Source of the DNA: Dicyema japonicum
Lineage: Eukaryota; Animalia; Dicyemida
Length of the DNA: 64,000 nucleotides
Direction: 5' to 3'
Assembly (NCBI GenBank): GCA_011109175.1
Contig: RDEW01000002.1
Span: 1,470,111 to 1,534,110 of the forward strand
In this document: positions 53,450 through 64,000 of the stretch, piece by piece
Position numbering within the stretch: position 1 is the first letter of the stretch
Layout of the letters: every line of letters begins with the position of its first letter
Program-made: the position numbers and the translations under genes
Notes under the pieces: model-generated
Seen by the model: only the letters and a program-made list of their open reading frames with translations
The model's database searches: none
What the model was told of the DNA's origin: nothing

Positions 53450-54850
53450 GTTTATTCTAACAAAATCATTAGCAACAAATCAGGTTTCAGCTGCAAAGAC
53501 GATGACAATGCCCAAGGCATGGTGAAAACTATCTCTGTTAATGGGGAGCCAAAATCGCTTTCCCAATTTCATTGATGACTTCTTTACTAATTCTTCCAAC
53601 CGCTCCGAAGGTTTCAAATGAGATTGGGACGAAGCGGGAAAAATCTTCAAAGGCTAACAATTTCTTTAGATATTTCGTTTGACAGGGTCGGAATTTGTGA
53701 GGGGGGGCAGAATGAGCAGGTAGTACAATTAGTGAATCCGCGAATAAGTTGACGCACGTAGCATCCCATATTTACAACAGTTATCTACTGTCATTTGACG
53801 TCATCAAGTGAGTTGTCCGAGTTGAAGAGGAATTTTGATTGTCGCTAGTTTTGTCGTCTCGAATACTTGTTTCTTTTTTCAAAGAGAAAAAACAGCCCTC
53901 CATCGATAAATGAAGGAGGAAATATAAAGCTAGGATCGCCTGGAAAACATTCTTACTTATCGATATCCCTTTATGTTCAAATAAACACTTAGGTACCTGG
54001 GTAAGCGCACATTCTTCATGCCGCGTAAGGAGTAGCTTCTAGGCAAAACGGGGGAGACTATTAATTATTTTTAATTGCACCATAGGTATTATTATTACTT
54101 CCCCAGGATCATTTGATTAAAAAAGATGTCCCGTTTAACATGTGATCTCAGACAGACAAGGGGGAGGCCGAAAAGGTAACTGACGGGCATCTTGAACCGC
54201 TCTCCACAACGAGCTCGGGTCTTTTCGCATCTCGGGTGATTTTTAAGATATTTGATAAAATGTCATAAAGGTGGGGGATTAGTAAATTGACCGCTTTCAA
54301 GAATTTTCGTTGTCACCCAAGTAAGAGTTCTTTGAGTCACAGAGTCAGAATTATGGCTTCTGTTGGTGGTTTCATAGATTTTGATCAATTTATTCGTCAT
54401 GAACGGGAACTGGGCATTGACCACGTTGCACTTGCATAGGTCAATACTGCCTGAACAAATTGTATGTAGATAGTGGAAGGGATCCAACAAACTTTTCAAT
54501 TTCTGCAGAGAAACTCAATTGGGATGTCATTCTTAAAAACTGATCATCCACGTGGATAACTTCTTCCACACGTGGGCTTCATGGTTCCATGTAGAAATGC
54601 AAGAACTCCTCTGAAAATTGAGTAACAATTGCTGCACTTTAGTGTGAGAGAAGAAACATGATTTTCCTGCCGGAGTAAGTTGATGCGTTAAATTTAAAAA
54701 AGAAAATTAAAATCCCAAGGCAAAACAAGCGCATTCGATGATTGAAGCAATGATATGCTGATGCATGTCAAGAAGAGGCCCTTAGCGCAATAACCTTCAC
54801 AACATTATTGCTATTTAGCCCAGGCTTGCAATCTTTGGTACCCCAACACA
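53450..54850 (-). mobile_element. Decayed CRE-clade non-LTR element (endonuclease region clear, RT remnant uncertain)
   Basis: IWDATCVNLFADS and FVPISFETFGAVGRISKEVINEIGKAI at 53520-53780; weak RT traces further 5'. Confidence 0.6.
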
Positions 54851-54964
54851 AACAGTCACAACATTCAATTTTCTTTTTAATATAAATAATAATATTAAAT
54901 TAAACAATAAAATTTAAATATGATTAAACAAATTAGTTTTAACACGCTATTTCTGACTGTTTGA

Positions 54965-56131
<1,167 letters not shown>

Positions 56132-56449
56132 CTGTAGTTTCTTTTTGTATTTCTGTTGGTTTTATAAATTTTTGATATTTGAATTATTTCAGTATGTTCA
56201 CAAAAATAAATTATTGTGGTTAGAAACCAAGATTTATAAGACTACTTTACTTCAGTGTGCTATTGCTTTAGATGTACCCAAGGAACCAAATAAGCAGTAA
56301 CCCTGATCTTCAGAATTATGTGAACAATTGTATTACAAAGGTAGTTACGCAATGACTAATTTTTGATAACTTAAATACTCGTAAACAAATAATTTTATCA
56401 ATAATAAAAATCTTTTTTACTCCAAAATCACCGGATTAGAAAAAAAAGT

Positions 56450-57260
56450 TAGCTACTAACTAAGTGATCCCGATTTTCCGGGTTCTAACTCTTGTCCTCC
56501 TCTTCCATTTAAAAAGTTCGACATCCATCTTTTAATGTTTGGATTTATATAAATTTTTCTTCTGAATAGATAATGGAAGATATTTTTCAATTAGCCGTAT
56601 ATGCATTGAGAAATATGTTGTTTTTCCATTTTTAATTTTTTTTTGTAAACAAAAATTTTTTTTAACAATTAAACAAATATCAGTTGAAGAAGCCTGCTGC
56701 GTGGATCGCGAACGAGTTCCCTCGGAGTATGGCTATTCCTATCTTTTGTCTTAGCCATAACCCTTCTCGTTGATCCCTTTTCTTTCTGGCAAGCAATCCT
56801 CCGAGTTCTTGCAAGAATTCAGCCGTCATTGGACCAACGGCTCCCGATGATTCGGTCGCAACAGTCCATTTTTAATAGAAAAAAATTTATTAACAGAAAA
56901 TCTAGATTCCAGATACTTCTTAATTCTGCATAAATTGTTACTGAAAATAAACTTTTGAATATGCTACTTGCGTCTTTACGGTGAAGTAAGTTTTCCCAAT
57001 CATCCTTATCAATTTATAAACCAATATTTTTAATATGACATAATATGGCTGATAAATTACTCCGTAGTTCATTTTAATAGATTCCTCCCAGTTATCTTTA
57101 CATTAAAATTCCATTTCCATCAAAAATTATAATTATTTTTACATCAATAAAATTTTGCAATATTGCGCTGCTTGTTATTGAGCGAATCTCGCTCGCCATC
57201 CTGAGAGGGAATAGTCACGCAGTCAGGGCAGCCGCTATATGACCATTTACTCTCTTCTTT
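56450..57260. mobile_element. Cluster of TE 3' remnants: I/Jockey-like tail (56450-56600, minus), CRE (56690-56870, minus), CRE (57160-57260, plus)
   Basis: RKIGIT*; ATESSGAVGP...AILRGNSFAI; RISLAILRGNSHAVRAA. Confidence 0.65.
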
Positions 57261-57969
57261 AATAAAAAAATGTTATTCTACAATTTCAAGACAATTTCCC
57301 CTTCTGAATTATTTTGAGTAGACAGCCAATTTTAATAAAATTTTCTGTTTTTATGCAAAAAATTTATTAGTGTATTCACATATATTTATATAGATTTCGT
57401 AGATCAAACCAACTTTTCCAACTCTATAATAAATACATTAAAAAATTCAAAAGTAGCTTCGGTCAAGTTACCTTTGGCATAAATTTTCTACACTTTTGCA
57501 TAAGAGGAAGTAAAACTATATCCTATACCCTTTTGTAAAATTTACTGTTCAACTTAAGCAGGGAATATCATATTCGAGTCAGCACTAGTGACCTCATTGA
57601 TCGTAGAGTCGGTAGATGGAATGAGAAAATCAGTGACACCTGTAAAGTAGTAATAAAAATGATAAACCTGAAGTTTGAAATGTTTCTTTGACAAAAAATC
57701 AATAAAAAACTGTTGTTAGAAAATTCGTGAGTTGATAGAAAATTCACCAGGACGTTTTCCGGTAGCAGTCTTAAGCTTTTCAATGACCTTCCTGATTTGA
57801 ATGCGGCATAACAGTTGATGACACGTTAGTATTTTATTCAAAAAATTAATAAATAATAAAAATCAATAAAATTTTTGACTTTATCGATATAAAAAATTAA
57901 ATTTTGACTTTTTTTGACATTACACAAAATGTTGACTTTTCTGACTTTATAACTTTTGATTTATCAAAA

Positions 57970-60850
57970 ACGTGGCGTCATGTGGTCTACCAGTCATAAC
58001 GTTTCTGGAGTCGCTCAGGGTGCACCTAATGCACCTAGGAAAAGGACCATTTGCTCACCCCCATCCTAAGTTGGTTCCTTCGGACGGCTTCCTTCAACTC
58101 TTCTCCCATCAACTCTCAACGGGATCCTTCTACTACTCTCTGGCGACATCGAGCTCAACCCAGGTCCCCAACTTTCAATTCTGCAGATTACATCAACGGA
58201 ATAAAGAGCAAAATTCTCGAATTACGATCCTTCACAAACAACCAAAACATTGACGTGATTCTGCTTCAAGAAAGCAAGTTGACTCAGTCCGCGACTACTC
58301 CTCATTTTCCAGGTTTCGACTGCATCCGCCTAGATCGCCCGAACCGCCTCGGTGGAGGTCTTCTTACCATCATCAAAAGAACCTCAGTTATTCTGACATA
58401 TCCGCTGAACTTAAGTCGCTAACTAACGGTGGGACCACGGAAATCTCCGGAATTTCAATATCAAACGGATCGAGTACTCTCAAAATTGCAACATATATGT
58501 CCCTCGTCCGTCCTCTTGCTCGAAAGGATTCTTGTTGGACTTATCCAGACTAAACAACCTAGAAAACATAGTACTTTGTGGTGATTTTAATGCAAAGCAC
58601 TCTGCCTGGTTGAAATCACAAACAACTGACTCAAGAGGACTATTCCTAATAAACCAACTCTCCTCCATGACAATTCTCAACAGCCCCACTATGCATACGA
58701 GAACTCTATTCAAGGAAGGTGACTCATCTACATCCCCGACATCACTTTCTGTTCATCTACTCTTGGACCCAACATTTCATGGACAGTACATTACGGATTA
58801 TCCTCCGATCATAATCCAATAATCATTCGATTCAAAAAATTTCTCTATCATCCTAAAACAACTGTTTCTTTCTTCAACTACAAAAAAGCAAATTGGGACG
58901 GCTACTCAAAACATGTTGACCAGGCTCTACTTTGTTTTGACTTGAACATATTCCGTTCTATTGATGAGGCCGTCGACCATTTGAACAAAATAATTCTTGA
59001 TGCTCGTAGTAGATTCATCCCTCTGGAAGGTTCAAATACTACAACGAATTTTTGGAATCAGAGAACAAAACCGCTTGAAAAGACACGTACCTCCCCTCCC
59101 GGGACAGAAATCCCAGACAAAGTCTCTAATGATGAAATTTCAAAAGGATCAGAAGGGCTGAAGCAAACAAGTGGGAAAAGCGAATCTGCTCTCTCCCATT
59201 TCATAAATCTGCCCAGATGGTCTGGAAGGCAATAAAAAGACTTTGCCCTAAAGAAAACTCCACCTCGAAACAAAAGACAGATCAACACAGCTTAAATAAA
59301 CTAATGAAGTATTATACCGGTATATGTCATAAAACCTTCAAGAAAATGGATGGACCCTCTTTGTTCTCGATGAAACCTAAAAGAATCCCGCCGATCACCT
59401 TTATTTCTAATTCAAACGTATTCGAAGGCTTGAAGATGATTAATCCCTCCCGCTCTTGTGGTCCAGATGGCATCCCTTCAATACTTCTTAAACACCTTGG
59501 ACCGGTTACTATTGGGGTAATCTCCCTTATTTTCATGAATTCCATCCCTACGATTTGGAAACTTTCCCACATACGCCCAATACCAAAACCTGGAGAAAAT
59601 AAAAAAAATCCCGCTTCATACCGACCAATTTCTCTATTATGTACTTTTTCAAAATTATTGGAAAAACTGGTACTTGATCTCATTTCCCAGTCCCTTCCCT
59701 TCAGTTCCTCTCAACATGGCTTCAGAAAGTTCTATTCAACGTCCACCCACCTTACTTCTCTCAATCAATTTATCCTTGATGGCTTCAACTCAAGTCCTCG
59801 TCACCTCAAAACCATCGTCTGCTAGTGGATTGCGTAAAGCCTTTGACTCTGTCTCCAGGAAAATCTTAACCAGGAAATTATTTGGACTCTCCATTAACCC
59901 CAATCTAAAACTCTGGCTTTCGAATTTCCTCAGCGGGAGAAGGGCCCGGGTTTGTATGGATGGGACCAAATCACTTTCGAGACTACTTCCCAATGGTGTT
60001 CCACAAGGCTCTCCTTTGTCCCCCGCCTTATTCAACCTTTTTATGTCCGATTTGCCACTATCAGTTGATAAAGACGATCTTCTCCTCTCCTATGCTAATG
60101 ACATTCTAATTGGATCCCGTGACCAGGATCTCCTAAAAGCTCAGAAAGAGTTCAAAAACAACTACACGTGATTCAAAATTGGTTAATCTCCAACAGACTT
60201 GATATATCTCCTGAGAAGTCCTCCACATCCTTATTTACCTCAGACAAACGTCTTGGATTTATTTATCAATCAAACTAAAATACCTTTTACAAAGAAATTG
60301 AAAATCTTAGGAGTCGCCTTTGACACGCACATGACCTTCTCCCCTCATGTCGAATATATCTCCGGAACCTGCTCAAGAAAGCTTGGTTTGATCAAATCTA
60401 TTTTTGGTGGCATCAGAACCCCTCTCCCAGCATTGAAACTACTACATAAACAATTCATTGAGCCATCTATCAGCTACGCCTGTGCGTCTTGGGGAATCAA
60501 CCTATCCTGGACGAACAAACAGAAAATCAGTGATATTCAGTCCCTATCAGCTATAACTATCGGCAAGCTCGTGAGATCAGTCAGTCTCACACCCACCTCT
60601 CTGGAAGACCTTATCGGACAAAATGGGAAGGGATTCGCCGCTCTGTGCCGAAAATTCAACTTCCTACAATGCGCCAATGGATTGGGTCTTACTAGAAGAC
60701 TACATCACCCCTCTTGCTTTTCTTTCAAAACCCTCCCGTCCTCAGAGAAGCTGTGTTGGATCTCGGAAGGTCCACCGGAAAAAGATGAGAGACCTGATGG
60801 AGGCGGCCGGGATCACCTAATTAGTTTAATACAATTAAATTAACTATTGG
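57970..60850 (+). mobile_element. Near-full-length I/Jockey-group LINE (APE, RT, C-terminus), frameshifted
   Basis: INGIKSK...LLQESKL, DRPNRLGGG, CGDFNAKH, SYRPISLLCTFSKLLEKL, KAFDSV, GVPQGSPLSPALFN, YANDI, KILGVAFD, YACASW, MEAAGIT*. Confidence 0.95.
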
Positions 60851-61886
60851 TGTTCTTGGGGTAAATAATAATAATAATATAACATTTTTGATTAAAAATC
60901 ACATTTTTATAAATTTTAAACAATTTTAAAGAACAAATGAATTTTTGACTTTATTGACAAAAATCGCCCTACAGATGACCTAGTTCTGGTGCACTATGAC
61001 ATAACTTTACACTTTATGTATTCATCTCCTCAAAATGGGTATAACCTCTCGTCTCCCTTTTTAATGTTTTCTCGTCCACTCGTAGTCCGTCTTAGTCCCC
61101 TTCCTTTCAGAAAACCACCCTCAATCTTTTGGAGGTCTCCATCATGTAGGTTAAGTTTTCGCAATAATGCATTTCCAAGTGTTTCTCATAGCATTGTCTT
61201 TGTGGTCTACTAGAAGGGTACCTAGCTTTCCGCCTTTAAGGCAGAACTCGCATGTTCACTCTCTTGAGTACCTTTAACTCAGTTTTGTTTGAATTAACAC
61301 TATAATAGGACTTACAAACCTCCTCTATATTTCGGGAGCTGGCTACGTCCATTCCTTGGGATCACATTTATTTCTAAATTTGGAATTAAAATTATCAATT
61401 TCTGAAAATGGCCATTTCCACACCAGCACTTTATTTCTTCCTAACATTCATAATCATCCACCATTAACCACCTTCTTCAGTTCGCAAATGTATACACTCG
61501 AAGATTCAGCAATGAACTCCCCAAGAAAAAAGTTCCATCGAATCCTCCAAGTCTTCGCGGCTCGACTATTCGAGACACCCATTCGGCTAACAACATCATC
61601 GATAATAGTTAAAATGCAGATTAGTAATGAAGCAAAATTACTGCAACGCTTTTTTTGACATCATCCAACCCCAAAGATATTTTTCAGCTTCCAAAACACT
61701 GTCCAAATTATTTTTTACTCAGAAATACAAAAGGGGTTTTATTCTATGAACTCAGCTGAATCAGATATAAACAAGGTTATAATAAAAAAATTATTTATTA
61801 AAATTTAATTTAAAATATTAAATTATTTTAATCCCTTAGTGTGGACAACCTTAATTTTTTATATTATTTCAAAATTAGTTCAATTA

Positions 61887-62376
61887 ATGACAAAATCATT
61901 CAAAGATGTTGATAATTTGGAAGAAAGGTACAAACGGCAAGAGACGGATGACAGTAATTCTGTCACTCCACAAGAACTGAAGCCTTTAATAGACAAGTGA
62001 ATTTGTTAGTTGACTTTTAGGGGAAAATACGACTCAGCCATTAAGGAAAGCATTTCCCGACCAAATACAGGGTCTGACCAGTCCATGAAAGTATTCTTAT
62101 GAGTTTACTCCAAGAGAACAATCGCAGCGATGATTTCCCAATGCTTTGTGATGTATCGAGGCAACGTGGGTCAGTTTGTAAACAGTGTGGACGATCATGA
62201 GCTAGTGAACCTCCTAAAGTACGTCTACAAGTCCTTAGAAGTTCCATATGAAGGAAATGCCAACAAAATATTGCAGTGGCACGAATCTGTGGAATTTGTG
62301 ATGATTTTGGTAGATTGTCTCGAAATCTGGAGTTGGGTGCATCTGCAGAGTTGTTTGTGACAGAAAAAAGGTTTAA
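61887..62376 (+). CDS. ARPC5: Arp2/3 complex subunit 5 (p16-Arc), 3 tiny introns
   Basis: LIDKGKYDSAIKESI, FVNSVDDHELVNLLKYVYKSLE, KILQWHES, SGVGCICRVVCDRKKV*. Confidence 0.92.
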
Positions 62377-62895
62377 TTATGAGGATTACACTAATTTACC
62401 TATTTGGATATTTTATTAACTTAAACAATCCAGGATTTTAGGCATTACCACACGATTGTCCCTTTGGTGTCATTTGAGTCAATTAGGGATCTTTTGGCTT
62501 CATTAGAAGTATTGGTGGCATTTTCAGACATTTTAGCGCATTAGGTCTTACTGGACGGCTATGTGCGCTGAGCATTATTCTGAGCATTATTTTGGGTGAG
62601 TTAGGCTTTAGTTGGATTCTTAGTTATGTTTTGTTGATTTTTTGGCAAATTGGTGGATTTTATGCAGTATTGGATTGTCATTGAATGTCGATTTGAGAGT
62701 GAGGCCTTTATGCTGGTTCACTTGACATTGTGTGAGCATGCTTGAATGGTGATTGGGACAGTTTAAAGTGTCTAAGGCCAGAGAGCATAACTTTCTGCTT
62801 GGACGTTGTGATTTAGGAAAGACTCGGATCTTTGAGGTGATTATCAAGTCACTTTATGCACGCACTCTTTAAACTGTTTATCTAAGGGGGAGTTT

Positions 62896-63603
62896 CTTCA
62901 TGGGTGTTCGGACATTGGACCTCCTACTTGTTGTTGCGACCAAGGTAGAGATATCAAAATTGTTCAGTAGACACTAGTTAAAAGATCCACGTGACCAACT
63001 CTACCATCTTTGAACATAAGATCAAAAATTTACCGAGAAGATCTGAATGAATTGAGGTCCCTAAGTCAACCACATTATCAGCAACAAGCATATACACGTG
63101 CCGCATCTGGATAGCCCTAATCGCTCTCCATTCTGTTTGAAGTCTGACTCCTCAGATCACTGAAGTCTTTGGTGTCCCCAAATTATTTTGAACCATGTGA
63201 TTGAAATATCTTCAATAATCAAACTCTCAGTTTCTTAGCCTAAAAGGGAGACAATTCTTCATAATATCTATTTGAGTTTAAGTGACACTCAATTTACCTA
63301 AAGATCATTCCTTAAGATAGAAGAGGTTCAAATGGGAGCTCTTGACCTTTAAGTTCATATATTTGACAATATTTGTCATAATCCTAATTACATTATCTCT
63401 AATTACCTAAGCCTATTAAACCAATGGGAACAAATTTATTACAAAATATAAACATCCCTCTGCACGTGAGTTTCCTTCCACCTTCTATGAAGACCAGGTC
63501 ATCTCTTCCCCGTCACATATGATAATGGACAAAGACGTGTTTAGATTACCTCACGGACTGAACCTCAAGAAGCTGGCAAAGAAAAGTCTGCAGCAGCAAT
63601 AAG
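62896..63603 (+). CDS. Probable uncharacterised intron-containing gene
   Basis: Several 23-34 nt GT..AG stretches and a terminal exon HPSAREFPSTFYEDQV...LNLKKLAKKSLQQQ*. The frame needs indel corrections; no homolog recognised. Confidence 0.3.
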
Positions 63604-63843
63604 AATAATTGTTTCGATAAAGCTGAAAATGCTGAGTCATTTATTACCGATAGATTAGTGTTTCTCGCTTCTCACCTCAATTTAGAGAATATTTTCCAGT
63701 GACGTATGGTCCTGCATGTTTTATTGGAGTATTGATGTTTCATCAAATGCAACTGAGAACCACGTGCTTGTCGTCCACAACATTGATTCTTATACTCTGA
63801 TTTCACTTCAAGAGACACTCCAGTGTAGTGGAAATGGGTTCTA

Positions 63844-64000
63844 GGTAAATTCATCGCCGGTAAATTCATCGCCGGTAATTTCATCGCTGGTAAATTCATC
63901 GCTGGTAAATTCATCGCCGGTAAATTCATCGCGAGGTAAATTCATCGCTGGTAATTTCATCGCGAGGTAAATTCATCGCCGGTAAATTCATCGCTGGTAA
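63844..64000 (+). repeat. 15-bp minisatellite GGTAAATTCATCGC(C/T/GA), at least 10 units, runs off the window end
   Basis: Directly visible tandem array with occasional 16-bp units and an AAT>ATT variant; the MNLPA ORF is only its translation. Confidence 0.97.

Noticed and set aside
60810-60825. GGATCACCT resembling the 3' end of bacterial 16S rRNA (also at about 1518, 5040 and 35025)
   Set aside because: It encodes the Gly-Ile-Thr-stop end of a LINE ORF, and no rRNA sequence surrounds it.
61356-61658. 100-aa ORF upstream of ARPC5
   Set aside because: Non-ATG start, no recognisable domain; likely decayed TE or intergenic sequence.
63672-63929. ORF with MNLPA repeats
   Set aside because: It is only the translation of the 15-bp minisatellite; 16-bp units break the frame.
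63844-64000. CRISPR-like array
   Set aside because: Units are contiguous with no unique spacers, and the context is eukaryotic with no cas genes.

Overview
AT-rich (roughly 35% GC by eye) eukaryotic nuclear DNA read with the standard genetic code. Compact genes are interrupted by many ultra-short GT-AG introns (about 19-39 nt, mostly 21-26 nt), which is why the ORF track is fragmented. The gene set is metazoan and includes motile-cilium genes, which best fits a dicyemid mesozoan (Dicyema-like); this is inference. Genes I reconstructed by hand: SLC34A Na/Pi cotransporter, NAA20, DENR, PTPN3/4-like FERM-PDZ-PTP, EFCAB1/calaxin, a Ski/Sno/Dac-domain protein, ABCE1, EFHC2, CCDC180, a three-PDZ protein with acidic tandem repeats, PRMT1 and ARPC5. 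The DNA between gene islands is a graveyard of decayed non-LTR retrotransposons (I/Jockey-like, RTE, CRE, R4), one Tc1 element with long TIRs, a SINE-like element and a terminal 15-bp minisatellite. The strongest unexplained signal is CACGTG: at least 45 copies against about 6 expected, in exons, dead TEs, promoters and disproportionately in the tiny introns. Other signals: RFX X-box-like motifs at the start codons of all three ciliary genes, 5' splice sites with no consensus beyond GT, one PRMT1 intron that cannot be spliced in frame by the normal rule, and several 1-nt homopolymer frameshifts that are probably assembly errors. All counts are manual and coordinates of decayed TEs are approximate.
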